From an uncultured Candidatus Saccharibacteria bacterium (GTDB lineage: Bacteria; Patescibacteriota; Saccharimonadia; Saccharimonadales; JAGQNJ01), in assembly GCA_964426755.1 (NCBI GenBank), contig CAYRRR010000002.1:1459-65458 (forward strand): a stretch of 64,000 nt of DNA. Direction: 5' to 3'. The position numbers and the translations under genes are program-made. Below, piece by piece: positions 17,847-28,420 of the stretch. Within the stretch, counting starts at the first letter, position 1. Each line of letters starts with the position of its first letter. The notes under the pieces are model-generated. The model was not told the DNA's origin. It searched no databases and saw only the letters and a program-made list of their open reading frames with translations.

Positions 17847-20734
17847 TGAAGTTTAAGTCAGGAACACGACGAAAACCAATTGAGTACGAAAAAGATTGGG
17901 TAGAGCGTTGGAAGAAGAGCAAAACATTCGAAAAGTCTGTCGAAAATCGTCCAGCCGACAATGCCTACGTGTTTTACGACGGCCCTCCATTTATAACTGG
18001 AGTACCACACCACGGAACGCTACTTAGTAGCATCATAAAAGACGCTGTACCGCGCTATTGGACCATGAAAGGTAAGCGCGTGGAGCGTGTCTGGGGGTGG
18101 GACACGCACGGATTACCGGCAGAAGTGTTTACCGAGAAAAAGCTTGGCATTAAAGATCGCCGAGATATTGGTACAAAAATTAGCTTAGAAGACTACATTA
18201 AAACAGCTCGCGAAAACATGATTGTAACCGGTGGGCTCTGGGAAGAGTATGTCGACAGAATCGGCCGCTGGGTTAATTTTAAGGGTGCCTATAAAACCAT
18301 GGATAAGGAATACATGGAAAGTATTTGGTGGGCATTCAAAACGCTGTACGAAAAAGGCAAGATTTATGAAGGTGAACGTGTTTTGATGTACTGCACGCGT
18401 GATGCTACTCCTCTTTCTAAGGCAGAAGTCACTATGGATGCCGGTGCGTACCAAGATGTCACCGACCCAAGTGTGTATGTTAAGTTTAAGCTAAAAGAGT
18501 CTGACGAATATTTACTGGCATGGACTACAACACCGTGGACGTTACCGGGCAATACTGCTGTAGCGGTTAATAAAGATTTAACGTACGCGAGGGTCAAAGT
18601 AGGTGATGACACATTGATCTTGGCTGAGGAGCTTTTGTCCAAGGTGCTAACAGACGAGAAGCACAAACCACTTGAGTTTAAGTTACTGGGCAAATTAAAA
18701 GGCAGTAAATTAGTCGGCAAAAAATACGAACCATTATTTACAAATCGTGGCAAACATGCACACCAGATTTGGCATGCAGATTATGTAAGCGCAGAAGATG
18801 GCACCGGGATAGTGCACCTTGCGCCAGCGTATGGTGAGGAAGACTTTGAGCTAGCTCAAGACAACAAGGTGCCGGTTGTACATGTACTAGATGAGAGCGG
18901 CATCTACACAGAAGGCGACTGGAAAGGTGAAAACGTATGGGAGATTAACAAAACTATCGCAAAAGACCTACGTGATCAGGGTGTGGTCTGGAAGATTGAC
19001 TACATTCGCCATAGTTATCCGCATTGTCATCGATGTAACACGCGGTTGATGTATCGCGCACACCCCAGCTGGTTCTTCGACGTTCAAGGCCAGAAAGAAG
19101 CAATGTTGGCACAAAATACAGAGGTAATTAACTGGTATCCTCCTCATCTTAAGCATGGCCGTTTCGAGAAAAATATATTGGCTGCACCGGATTGGAATCT
19201 AAGTCGTGACCGCTTTTGGGCTACCGCGATGCCAGTTTGGAAGAGCGAAGACGGGGACATAAAGGTTATAGGTAGTTATGCTGAACTTAAAGATTTGAGT
19301 GGCGTTGAGCTGGAGGACTATCATCGTCCGTGGGTAGATGAAGTAGAATTTGACTATGAAGGCAAGCACTACAAGCGAATAGATAAAGTGCTGGACGGAT
19401 GGTTTGAAAGCGGTAGTATGCCGTTTGCCCAGTTTCATTATCCGTTTGAAAACAAAGAAAAGTTTGAGGCGAACTTCCCAGGCGATTTTATTGCAGAGTA
19501 TATCGGCCAGGTTCGAGCCTGGTTTTATTACCTGCATGTAGTTAATGTTGGGCTTTTTGGCAAAGCGCCATTTAAAAATGTCGTTACCACCGGAAACTTG
19601 ATGGGGAATGATGGTTATAAGCTAAGTAAATCTCGTGGCAACTACACGGATCCTATGGAAGTTATGGACAGGTACTCAGCAGATGCCGAGCGCTTTTTGC
19701 TGTTGAGCTCTCCTGTACTCAAAGCAGAAGATTACAGTCTGCAAGATAAAGACATTGGCGATGTTGCGCGCAAGCTTAATATGATCTGGAATATGTACGA
19801 CTTCTTTACCATGTATGCAGAGGTAGATGGTTGGGAATTTGACCCCAAGCAGCAATCAGTACTTGCGCTGGAGGACCTGGCTAATCCATTAGACAAATGG
19901 ATTGTTTCACGCCTGCACCAGCTTACTGACCATGTTACCAAGTACATGGAAGAGTACAATTTGCCTGAAGCACTGAGCGAATTCATGCCCTTTATTGATG
20001 ATGCATCAAATTGGTACGTGCGCCGATCCCGACGACGTTTCTGGAAAAGCGGAGATGATGCCGACAAAAGCGATGCGTATCGAACGCTGCATTATGTCTT
20101 ATACCGTTTGAGCATAGTTCTAGCACCATTTACACCGTTTTTGGCTGAAGAGCTGTATCAAAAGCTAGGGGGAGATGCAGAATCAGTTCACCTACTTGAT
20201 TGGCCATCTGGCGGCCAGGTTGATGAACTGGTTATAGATGATATGGCGAGATTGCGCGAAATCATCACTGACGGTCTATCACAAAGAGCTGCAGCAGGGA
20301 TTAAGGTGCGCCAGCCTTTAAAGAAGATTACTGCCAATACTTCTGATGCAGCATTGCTTAATAAGTACGAAGGCATTGTTAAGGAAGAGCTAAATGTTAA
20401 GATGATCGAAGAAATAAGTAGTAAAAGCTTGAAAAAACCGCTCATTGATCTTTTGGCTACACCCGAACTTAAACGCGAGGGAATGATGCGAGAAGTAGTT
20501 CGGCAAGTGCAAAACGCTCGCAAACAAGCAGAGCTTAACGTTGATGATCGCATTTTGCTCTCTTTGCAAACGAATGACACTACATTACAGCAAGCCATTA
20601 AAGATCATAAAGAAACAATCATGAACGAAACATTAGCTGTCAAGCTTGACGCAACGCTTAGTTCACCACAGGCACATAAAGAAGATACAAAAGTTGAAGG
20701 AGCCGATTTAACTATAATGCTTGCGCTTGCATAA
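17846..20734 (+). CDS. ileS: Isoleucyl-tRNA synthetase (type 2-like, no C-terminal Zn finger)
   Basis: HIGH-region PPFITGVPHHGT, IleS signature GWDTHGLPAE and KMSKS variant YKLSKSRGN. The leucine/valine enzymes have different signatures. Confidence 0.82.
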   Translation: MKFKSGTRRKPIEYEKDWVERWKKSKTFEKSVENRPADNAYVFYDGPPFITGVPHHGTLLSSIIKDAVPRYWTMKGKRVERVWGWDTHGLPAEVFTEKKLGIKDRRDIGTKISLEDYIKTARENMIVTGGLWEEYVDRIGRWVNFKGAYKTMDKEYMESIWWAFKTLYEKGKIYEGERVLMYCTRDATPLSKAEVTMDAGAYQDVTDPSVYVKFKLKESDEYLLAWTTTPWTLPGNTAVAVNKDLTYARVKVGDDTLILAEELLSKVLTDEKHKPLEFKLLGKLKGSKLVGKKYEPLFTNRGKHAHQIWHADYVSAEDGTGIVHLAPAYGEEDFELAQDNKVPVVHVLDESGIYTEGDWKGENVWEINKTIAKDLRDQGVVWKIDYIRHSYPHCHRCNTRLMYRAHPSWFFDVQGQKEAMLAQNTEVINWYPPHLKHGRFEKNILAAPDWNLSRDRFWATAMPVWKSEDGDIKVIGSYAELKDLSGVELEDYHRPWVDEVEFDYEGKHYKRIDKVLDGWFESGSMPFAQFHYPFENKEKFEANFPGDFIAEYIGQVRAWFYYLHVVNVGLFGKAPFKNVVTTGNLMGNDGYKLSKSRGNYTDPMEVMDRYSADAERFLLLSSPVLKAEDYSLQDKDIGDVARKLNMIWNMYDFFTMYAEVDGWEFDPKQQSVLALEDLANPLDKWIVSRLHQLTDHVTKYMEEYNLPEALSEFMPFIDDASNWYVRRSRRRFWKSGDDADKSDAYRTLHYVLYRLSIVLAPFTPFLAEELYQKLGGDAESVHLLDWPSGGQVDELVIDDMARLREIITDGLSQRAAAGIKVRQPLKKITANTSDAALLNKYEGIVKEELNVKMIEEISSKSLKKPLIDLLATPELKREGMMREVVRQVQNARKQAELNVDDRILLSLQTNDTTLQQAIKDHKETIMNETLAVKLDATLSSPQAHKEDTKVEGADLTIMLALA

Positions 20735-20773
20735 TTGTTTTTTGAGTTTACAATATTCTATTACTATAAAATT

Positions 20774-21154
20774 ATGAAGAAAGTTAAATCAGTAAATCCA
20801 ACACGTATCAGCGCTGCCCTTGAGGCAGAGGTTATTGACGGGGCGCCATTTCCGTATAGCCCCGATAATCCGCAGTCACGAGCAGTAGCGCGCTTAATAG
20901 AGCCCGGTGAAGCTCGCGCGTGCAGTTATTGTGATGAGCCAGCTAAATTTAAGGCAAAGCAAAAAGGGCAGTTTTTAATTGAAGCAACGGTAGTAGATGA
21001 TGACGGCAAGTGGGAGCGTAATGAAATTTTCTTCCCCCCAAGCTGTTATGATGAAGCAGGTGCCCCGTACGGTCCGGTATACACCAAATCACCCCAACAG
21101 GGCATCCAAGAAGGAACACTTTCGCCCGATGATTTTGTGTCATTAAGGCAATAA
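20774..21154 (+). CDS. Hypothetical protein
   Basis: 126-aa ORF from ATG 20774 with a CSYCDEP...PPSCYD cysteine pattern. No family recognised. Confidence 0.4.
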   Translation: MKKVKSVNPTRISAALEAEVIDGAPFPYSPDNPQSRAVARLIEPGEARACSYCDEPAKFKAKQKGQFLIEATVVDDDGKWERNEIFFPPSCYDEAGAPYGPVYTKSPQQGIQEGTLSPDDFVSLRQ

Positions 21155-21266
21155 ACCCTAGAATTCAGGGTTTTACCAAGCATCATGACACTTTACAGAG
21201 ACGCGCTAATCTGTTACACTTTATCGGTAACTTTTCTCAACACATAAGACGAATAGAAGAGATAAT

Positions 21267-21581
21267 ATGAGTAAAAAAGCAGTAATTGCCACTGGTGGCA
21301 AACAATATATTGTGAGCGAAGGCGAGACAATAGAAGTCGAGCGGCTTAAGGACGCTAAAGACAAACTAACCTTTAATCCGTTATTAGTAATTGATGGCGA
21401 GACGGTGAGCGTAGGCGCACCTGAAGTTTCTGGTGCTTCAGTTACCGCGAAGGTAATAGAAGAAGTAAAAGCCGATAAAGTAACTTCTATTCGTTACAAG
21501 TCTAAAAAACGTGTAAAAAAAGTACGTGGTCATCGCCAGGTTCTAACACGTATTACTGTCGATAAGATCTCTTTAAAATAA
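21267..21581 (+). CDS. rplU: Ribosomal protein L21
   Basis: MSKKAVIATGGKQYIVSEGETIEVERL is the bL21 N-terminus. Confidence 0.9.
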   Translation: MSKKAVIATGGKQYIVSEGETIEVERLKDAKDKLTFNPLLVIDGETVSVGAPEVSGASVTAKVIEEVKADKVTSIRYKSKKRVKKVRGHRQVLTRITVDKISLK

Positions 21582-21645
21582 CACGCTACACATTGCTTCC
21601 GGTACGTGAAAATGCTACGCTTGAGGAGTGAAAAGCGTATCGGGT

Positions 21646-22401
21646 ATGAGGCATATCATTGCAGTTTTAAACCAAAAAGGTGGTGTTGGTAAGACCACTA
21701 GCACTATCAACATAGCAGCCTATTTAGCTAAAATGGGACGATCTGTATTGGTAGTTGATCTGGACCCGCAAGGTAACGCAACAAGCGGTCTTGGTCTTGC
21801 AAAAAAGAATCAGGTCACCACATATGATGTACTGTTGAATGGAGCTTTGCTTGGCCAAGCAATCAAAGAAGTAGATAACAGTGATATAGCAGTTGTGCCT
21901 GCAAACGCTGATTTAGCTGGAGCAGAAGTAGAGTTAGTTTCACAGACAGATCGCGAAAACAGGCTTAAGAACGCTCTCGTACATGCATCGTATGATTATA
22001 TATTGATAGATTGCCCCCCTTCGCTAGGGCTACTAAGTATTAACGCTCTGACTGCAGCAGATTCTGTGCTGATTCCCGTACAGGCTGAGTATTATGCGCT
22101 CGAAGGCTTGACACAACTTCTTTCAACCATACAACGAGTACGCGAGGGATTAAATCCAAACTTAGATCTGCTGGGAGTAGTGGTAACAATGTATGATAGT
22201 CGAACATCTCTGTCCGACAGTGTCTATAAAGAGTTACAGAAGCATTTTGGCGCAAAACTATTCAAAACCGTAATACCTAGAAACGTGCGTTTAGCTGAAG
22301 CGCCAAGCTACGGTAAGACCATACTCGAACATGATAAATGGTCACGGGGTGCTCGAGCATATAAAGCGTTAGCAAAGGAGATAGACAAACATGGCAACTA
22401 A
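21646..22401 (+). CDS. parA: Chromosome partitioning ATPase ParA/Soj
   Basis: Deviant Walker A NQKGGVGKTT. Overlaps the parB start. Confidence 0.88.
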   Translation: MRHIIAVLNQKGGVGKTTSTINIAAYLAKMGRSVLVVDLDPQGNATSGLGLAKKNQVTTYDVLLNGALLGQAIKEVDNSDIAVVPANADLAGAEVELVSQTDRENRLKNALVHASYDYILIDCPPSLGLLSINALTAADSVLIPVQAEYYALEGLTQLLSTIQRVREGLNPNLDLLGVVVTMYDSRTSLSDSVYKELQKHFGAKLFKTVIPRNVRLAEAPSYGKTILEHDKWSRGARAYKALAKEIDKHGN

Positions 22402-23248
22402 AGCTGGACTTGGCAAAGGTCTTGACGCGCTGATTCCGAAAGAGTTTGATAATTCGATATTGCAGAGTTCTGAAAAAGTCCAAACAGTTCCTGTAAATGA
22501 GGTAAGCCCCAACCCTGATCAGCCTCGTAAACATTTTGATGAGAATGCGCTGCAAGAACTAGCAACTTCAATCAGATCACATGGGATAGTGCAGCCACTT
22601 GTGGTTACAAAAAGCGGCGACACATATCGGATTGTAGCAGGTGAACGACGCTGGCGAGCGGCAAAACTCGCTGGCTTAAAAGAGGTTCCGGTTATAGTGC
22701 GCTCACTAAAGCAACTCGAAGAGCTTGAGGTGGCAATTATTGAGAATGTTCAGCGGGTTGATTTGTCGCCGCTTGAACAGGCACTGTCTATCGAGCGCTT
22801 ACATGACCAATTTAGCCTAAGCTACGGTGATATTGCTACTAAGCTGGGCAAGGCAATTCCTACTATTCACAATACGGTACGGCTACTGCAGCTACCCGAC
22901 AATGCAAAAAAAGCGCTACAAGCAAAAAAAATAAGTGAAGGGCATGCTCGAGCAATTCTTGCCCTTAAAGATAGCCCTAATAAGCAATCAGAGTTACTGG
23001 CGTCCATATTAGAGCATGGATGGTCAGTACGGCAGGCAGAGCAATTTGTGACAGGTTCACGTCAGTCTCATCATAAGCCACGAGCAGTTACGCAGCATAT
23101 GGCTACCAGCAACCTTCAAACCCAGGCGCTATCAAAACAATTGAATACATCAGTTACCATAAAACGAACCGCAAAAGGTGGCAAATTAGAAGTTTACTTT
23201 AAGGATGATGCCGACCTGGAACGAATTGCTAAGCAATTACTGTCTTAA
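22391..23248 (+). CDS. parB: Chromosome partitioning protein ParB/Spo0J
   Basis: GLGKGLDALIP, ParB box GERRWRAA and an HTH. Confidence 0.88.
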   Translation: MATKAGLGKGLDALIPKEFDNSILQSSEKVQTVPVNEVSPNPDQPRKHFDENALQELATSIRSHGIVQPLVVTKSGDTYRIVAGERRWRAAKLAGLKEVPVIVRSLKQLEELEVAIIENVQRVDLSPLEQALSIERLHDQFSLSYGDIATKLGKAIPTIHNTVRLLQLPDNAKKALQAKKISEGHARAILALKDSPNKQSELLASILEHGWSVRQAEQFVTGSRQSHHKPRAVTQHMATSNLQTQALSKQLNTSVTIKRTAKGGKLEVYFKDDADLERIAKQLLS

Positions 23249-23889
23249 AACGTCCGGGCTTTATTGAGCGGAAAGATGCGTATACCGAGTTTTCCGACAA
23301 TGTCTTCTGCCTTAACGTTACCGAAGTAGCGGGAGTCAAGCGAATTGTTACGATTGTCGCCTAATACAAATACTTCTCCGTCTTGTACCCTGATATCAAC
23401 ATCATTTCCTGCGCTTCTATCTGATGACTGAGCATATTCTTGGCCTTTGTCAGGGTCAAATCCGTTAGGTTTTTGTGCATTATAAACAGTAACCTGACCA
23501 TCGCGAACGGTGACGCGCTCGCCAGGTAAGCCGATAACCCGTTTCACGAGCTGTCGGTTGCCTTGACCGGTGCCTGATTCGTCACGGCTAAAAATAATCA
23601 CCTCGTAGCGGTCCGGAATATAATCTTTGCCGGTAAGCCGCGCCCATGTTCGAGGCATTTTATTGACTATCAACAGATCTTGGTTTTGCAGTGTTTGTTC
23701 CATGCTTGGCCCGTCAACTTCGTACGACTGAATAACAAATAGTATGAGCACCAATGCTAGTAGGGGTGCTGCCAAAAACAAGGCGACTGTCGAGATGATG
23801 CTACGCCAGTTTCGGCTAGGGTCATCCGGCGTGGTTTGAAGCGGTTGAGCTGGGTAGTTGTTTGTTACCGGGGTTCTATAATCAGACAT
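23245..23889 (-). CDS. lepB: Signal peptidase I
   Basis: S26 motifs GPSMEQTL (Ser), KRVIGLPGE (Lys) and GDNRNNSLDSRYFG. N-terminal TM anchor. Confidence 0.88.
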   Translation of the reverse strand: MSDYRTPVTNNYPAQPLQTTPDDPSRNWRSIISTVALFLAAPLLALVLILFVIQSYEVDGPSMEQTLQNQDLLIVNKMPRTWARLTGKDYIPDRYEVIIFSRDESGTGQGNRQLVKRVIGLPGERVTVRDGQVTVYNAQKPNGFDPDKGQEYAQSSDRSAGNDVDIRVQDGEVFVLGDNRNNSLDSRYFGNVKAEDIVGKLGIRIFPLNKARTF

Positions 23890-23992
23890 TACAGATAATA
23901 ACTATACGGTAAACAGGTCTAAATAGCCATAAAAGTTTTTACAAATAACTTTCATACCTTGGCGATAAACGCTATACTAAAGACCACGTGCT

Positions 23993-25651
23993 ATGGATAA
24001 TTTCCGAAGACCAAAACGTGTAGTTAATTCAAGCGACATGGATGGAATTTTACGTTCCAGAATGCGCTATAACCCGGGTAGCTTCTCTTCTCGACGACAA
24101 GTTACTCGTGATTCAAGTTCAGTTCATAAAACAAGCGATGCTCGTATTGGGAATTTTGAACGTAAAGATGGTTTTTTCGCAAGAAAAACCAAGCCGATAA
24201 CGCCCGATGGCCGTGCCTTAGGACGTCAGTCACGCGCAGCTCGCAACCCTATTGATATGACCATAGAAGAAAAACCGTCACGCAAAAACAAGAAAAGTAA
24301 TAAGAGAAGCCTGGACTGGAAGCGTGTATTGAAACGAACGGTAATCGGCGTCTTGCTATTGGGTCTTATTGTGGGCGGTTACCTAGGTGCAAAAGGTTTC
24401 TTGCGTGCCCGACAGATATTCAAGGGCGGGGGTGACGATGTTCTGTGGAGTTGCGAGCCAAACGTAGACTCACTAAAGCAAGAGGGTGATGGCAGGATTA
24501 ACTTTTTATTACTGGGTAAAGGCGGTCCTGAGCAAACTGATAGCCCTGATTTAACGGATACAATTATTGTGGCTAGTGTTGACCCCTGTAATAATGAGGC
24601 CGGTTTATTGAGTATTCCACGCGATCTCGCAGTCAAAATGGAGAGCGGCGAAACAAATAAAATCAATGCCGTATACGCCTTAACAAAAATGGCCTCTAAG
24701 GCGGATGATAAGTCTGACGAAGAGGCAGAGCAAGAGGCTATTGAGGCAATTGAAAATGCCGTAGAAAACGTAGTTGGTTTGCGTATGGATCGCTATATAA
24801 TGCTCGATTTCACGGCCTTTGAGCAGGCAGTTGATGCAGTTGGTGGCATTACCATAGATGTGCAGAAGCCCGTTAGTGAGCAAATGCGCTTAAAAGGTAA
24901 ACAGTATCGATTGGATGTTCCAACCGGTACGCAGGAGTTTGATGGACTTCGAGCTTTGGCGTACACGCGCTCGCGGTATACTAGTGCACGAGGTGATTTT
25001 GATCGGTCGGAACGCCAACGAGAGGTGATTGTCGCACTTCGTGAGAAGGTCTTTAGCCTCGGTACGTTTAGCAACCCTCTTAAAATTTCTCAACTAATGG
25101 ATGCATTTGGTACGCGGGTTCGCACCAATATAAATGGTAATGATGAAATCGGTAAGCTATATACTATTGGCCAAGCAATTGATGCCTCTCGCATTAAGTC
25201 AGTCAGCTTGGTTGATGAGCCGAATGTATTAATCGGCAGCGGCGGGGCAAGCTTAGGATTGGGCTCGGTTCAGGTGCCAAAAGCGGGACTGTATCGCTAC
25301 GATGACATTAGAGCGTTTGTGCGTACAACCTTTGTTGATGGCTTTATAAAGAAAGAAAACGCTCAAATAGCTGTGCTGAACGGAACAACGGTAGCAAATT
25401 TAGCAAAAACAAAGGGCGAGTTGCTAAAATCGTATGGCTACAATGTCAGTGAAGTCGGTGATGCGCCAACTAAGAATAACCCCTCTACGATAATCATTGA
25501 TTTGAAGAAAAAAGACACAAAGCTTACCAAGCGATACCTGGAGCTTCGCTTTAAGACAACCGCAACAACTAAGCTGCCCGAGGGCTATACGCCGCCCGAG
25601 AACGCCGACTTTGTTATAATAGTGGGGCAGAATGAAACGAGTAACCGCTAA
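23993..25651 (+). CDS. LytR-CpsA-Psr (LCP) family cell-envelope phosphotransferase
   Basis: Disordered basic N-terminus, TM helix, LCP core (LLLGKGG...TDTIIVASVD...LLSIPRDLAV) and a C-terminal LytR_C-like region. Confidence 0.82.
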   Translation: MDNFRRPKRVVNSSDMDGILRSRMRYNPGSFSSRRQVTRDSSSVHKTSDARIGNFERKDGFFARKTKPITPDGRALGRQSRAARNPIDMTIEEKPSRKNKKSNKRSLDWKRVLKRTVIGVLLLGLIVGGYLGAKGFLRARQIFKGGGDDVLWSCEPNVDSLKQEGDGRINFLLLGKGGPEQTDSPDLTDTIIVASVDPCNNEAGLLSIPRDLAVKMESGETNKINAVYALTKMASKADDKSDEEAEQEAIEAIENAVENVVGLRMDRYIMLDFTAFEQAVDAVGGITIDVQKPVSEQMRLKGKQYRLDVPTGTQEFDGLRALAYTRSRYTSARGDFDRSERQREVIVALREKVFSLGTFSNPLKISQLMDAFGTRVRTNINGNDEIGKLYTIGQAIDASRIKSVSLVDEPNVLIGSGGASLGLGSVQVPKAGLYRYDDIRAFVRTTFVDGFIKKENAQIAVLNGTTVANLAKTKGELLKSYGYNVSEVGDAPTKNNPSTIIIDLKKKDTKLTKRYLELRFKTTATTKLPEGYTPPENADFVIIVGQNETSNR

Positions 25652-26381
25652 AATTAAGCCCGCCGCGGGCTTTTCATACCTGTTCCACCTTTTTTTAACC
25701 GTACTATTGCCGTTAACCGTTTACGTATTGGTTAGGCTTAATCTGGTGCAGCTCGCAGTTATTTTGGTTATTGTCAGTAAGTGGCGCATGTTTTCGGTGC
25801 GACCACGCCACTGGCTGGCTATAATCAGAGCAAACGCTGCAGACATTATCGTTGGAATGGCTTCGATTATCTTTATGATAAACACTTCAAGCGGTATTAT
25901 GCAGCTGATATGGGCCGTAGCCTATGCTTTGTGGCTCATACTTATAAAGCCGAGTTCAAGTGTTTTTGGCGTGTCGTTACAAGCGTTTATTGCCTTTTTG
26001 TATGGTATAACCGCCATATACCTTGAATGGGGTGCATCAGATGCGCTAGTACTTATGATCATGACTTGGTTAGTTTGTTATTCTGTGGCTCGACACTTTT
26101 TGACAAGCTTTGACGAGCCGCATGCGCCGTTTTTAGCAAATATGTGGGCATTATTTGGTGGCAGCTTGGCGTGGCTGTTGTCCCACTGGTTGCTGTACTA
26201 TCAGGTGGTATCTCAGGTTTCGTTATTATTAGTCGTTTTAGGTTTTGGTGTCGGGACATTATATTATCTAGATAAAACTGATCGGTTATCAGCATTACTG
26301 CGTCGTCAAATTATCTTTATTATGATTGCAATTGTTATAATAACATTAGCGTTTTCTGACTGGGGAGATAAAACAATATAG
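25632..26381 (+). CDS. Hypothetical polytopic membrane protein
   Basis: About 7 hydrophobic helices. Overlaps the end of the LCP gene. Confidence 0.45.
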   Translation: MKRVTAKIKPAAGFSYLFHLFLTVLLPLTVYVLVRLNLVQLAVILVIVSKWRMFSVRPRHWLAIIRANAADIIVGMASIIFMINTSSGIMQLIWAVAYALWLILIKPSSSVFGVSLQAFIAFLYGITAIYLEWGASDALVLMIMTWLVCYSVARHFLTSFDEPHAPFLANMWALFGGSLAWLLSHWLLYYQVVSQVSLLLVVLGFGVGTLYYLDKTDRLSALLRRQIIFIMIAIVIITLAFSDWGDKTI

Positions 26382-26385
26382 GAGG

Positions 26386-27603
26386 GTGACATTGGAAGAA
26401 GAACAACGGCAAGCACCGACTCAAAAACCGGTAATAAATTCTCAACATAAAAGCGGCGTATCGAAACACACCTTGTTAACCATTGTGGCGATCTTTTTTA
26501 TTAGTATTGCCTCAGGATTTACGGGTGGCTTAATTGGTGTGAACTATAAAAGTAATTCTACCAGTACGACCGAACGTATTGAGCAAGGGCGTCAGGTCAT
26601 TGAAGAGCAGGGAGATCTTATCAGTAGTATTGCCAAAGAAGTTGGGCCCAGTGTCGTTTCGATTGATGTAACGAGTCGAGGAGAGGCTGAATCATTTTTT
26701 GGTCCACGAACGTTCCAGCAGCAAAGTGCCGGAACAGGCTTTATCATCAGCGAGTCAGGGTATGTGGTAACTAATCGCCATGTTATTGCTGAGGGTGTTA
26801 CCCAAGTAAGTTTAACAATGTCTGACGGCACCATTTTAGATGAAGTAGCGGTGGTTGGGCGAACCGCAGGTTCGGATCCGCTTGACGTAGCGTTTTTAAA
26901 GATAAATAACACCAAAGGAAAAAAACTTACGGTGGCACGACTAGGAGATTCTGGTAGCGTAGAGGTAGGCGACACGGTTATTGCCATCGGCAATGCGTTA
27001 GGTCAGTTTCAAAATTCAGTCACCTCGGGGATTATATCGGGATATGGAAGAAGTGTTGAAGCGTCAGATGGACGGGGTGCCAATGCTGAAAACCTCCAAA
27101 ATCTTTTTCAAACCGACGCTGCAATCAATCAAGGTAACTCAGGGGGTCCACTCGTAAACAGTAACGGAGAGGTAATTGGTATCAATACGGCCGTAGCAGG
27201 TGGTTCAGCTCAAAATATAGGTTTTGCCATACCTATCAATGATACAAAGGGTTTGATCCAGGGTGTTTTAGAAAATGGCAGAGTGCAGCGACCATACCTC
27301 GGGGTGCGATACATTCAAATTACGCCAGGCAATGCTGAAGAGCTGGGCGTGAGTGTGGATGAAGGCGCCTATGTGGGCGGAGTGACCGGAACGGGCATAG
27401 TAGTCGGCTCGCCAGCTCAACAGGCCGGATTACAGGATAAAGACGTTATTATTAAAGTAAATGGGCAGCCAGTCGATCAAAACAACACGCTTGCGTCTGT
27501 TATTGGGCGATTTAAGGTTGGCGAAGAAGTAGAAATAACCTATTTACGGGGAGGCCAAGAACGAACCACGAAGGTCACCCTTGGCGAACTACCGGCAAAT
27601 TAG
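26386..27603 (+). CDS. HtrA/DegP-family serine protease with PDZ domain
   Basis: Trypsin-like triad context (TNRHV, D, GNSGGPLVN) plus a C-terminal PDZ. GTG start with AGGAGG RBS. Confidence 0.88.
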   Translation: MTLEEEQRQAPTQKPVINSQHKSGVSKHTLLTIVAIFFISIASGFTGGLIGVNYKSNSTSTTERIEQGRQVIEEQGDLISSIAKEVGPSVVSIDVTSRGEAESFFGPRTFQQQSAGTGFIISESGYVVTNRHVIAEGVTQVSLTMSDGTILDEVAVVGRTAGSDPLDVAFLKINNTKGKKLTVARLGDSGSVEVGDTVIAIGNALGQFQNSVTSGIISGYGRSVEASDGRGANAENLQNLFQTDAAINQGNSGGPLVNSNGEVIGINTAVAGGSAQNIGFAIPINDTKGLIQGVLENGRVQRPYLGVRYIQITPGNAEELGVSVDEGAYVGGVTGTGIVVGSPAQQAGLQDKDVIIKVNGQPVDQNNTLASVIGRFKVGEEVEITYLRGGQERTTKVTLGELPAN

Positions 27604-27604
27604 T

Positions 27605-28420
27605 TTAGTTGGCTTGAAAAATCTGAACCAAGCCCTCTGTTTCAAGTAGTGAATAACCCGCAGCTTTTGCGTAAGCTTTCTGAGTTTGATGCTGCTTGCG
27701 TAGACTTTCCGTCATAACGTATTTGCAACTAGCGAGACCGCTAATTTTTTGCCAAAGTGCTTCATATAATGCTAATCCCCCATTGTCTGCAAATAGGGCA
27801 AGTGAGGGTTCATAGTCAAGCTCTGGCTCAAGATACATGTCTTTGGGCACATAGGGCAGGTTGGCGACGATGATCGAAAAGTGATTTGTTGCAGGCAATA
27901 AGTCAGCTTGGACTAACGAGCAGTCAGCATTAAGATTATTCATATTCTTTTTAGCAACTTTTAGTGCTAACGGGTCGATATCAAGCAGTGTGACATGATT
28001 CTTGGGTAGCTCAAGCTTTAGGGTGATACCTAAAACTCCTGAGCCGCTACCCACATCTACAATGGATTCGTGGGTAAAATTATATTTTTTAGCTAACGTA
28101 ATGAATGCTTCTGATTCTGGCCGAGGAATGAGCACATTCTTATCGACAAAAAAATCTCGACCATAAAATTCAATACGGTTGGTAATGTAGGCAATTGGCT
28201 TGCGGCTCTTTCTTTGTGTCAGCAGCTCATTCAAAGCGGTGTGTTGCGCGATAGTCAGCGGTTTGTCGGTGTGGGCCAAGAGGTGGACGCGATCTGTTTT
28301 GAGGGCAAATTCTAGCAATAATAATGCATCTAATTGGTAAGATGGAATACCAGCGTCTTTTAATTGCTTACGGGCAGCGATCAGCCAATCATTTATCGTC
28401 AGAGATGAGTTGGCGTTCAT
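27605..28420 (-). CDS. prmC: Release factor glutamine N5-methyltransferase PrmC/HemK
   Basis: SAM motif VDVGSGSG and NPPY-type ANLPYVP. Overlaps prfA. Confidence 0.8.
   Translation of the reverse strand: MNANSSLTINDWLIAARKQLKDAGIPSYQLDALLLLEFALKTDRVHLLAHTDKPLTIAQHTALNELLTQRKSRKPIAYITNRIEFYGRDFFVDKNVLIPRPESEAFITLAKKYNFTHESIVDVGSGSGVLGITLKLELPKNHVTLLDIDPLALKVAKKNMNNLNADCSLVQADLLPATNHFSIIVANLPYVPKDMYLEPELDYEPSLALFADNGGLALYEALWQKISGLASCKYVMTESLRKQHQTQKAYAKAAGYSLLETEGLVQIFQAN

Noticed and set aside
17846-20734. Initial reading of the 962-aa class I synthetase as LeuS
   Set aside because: GWDTHGLPAE and KLSKS with an IleS-type N-terminus match isoleucyl-tRNA synthetase. LeuS has GWDAFGLP and ValS has GTDHAGIA.
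21155-21266. Possible L21-leader-type structured RNA upstream of rplU
   Set aside because: Only a single weak hairpin (AACCCU-AGAAUUC-AGGGUU) without a U-tract was seen. Not enough to call.
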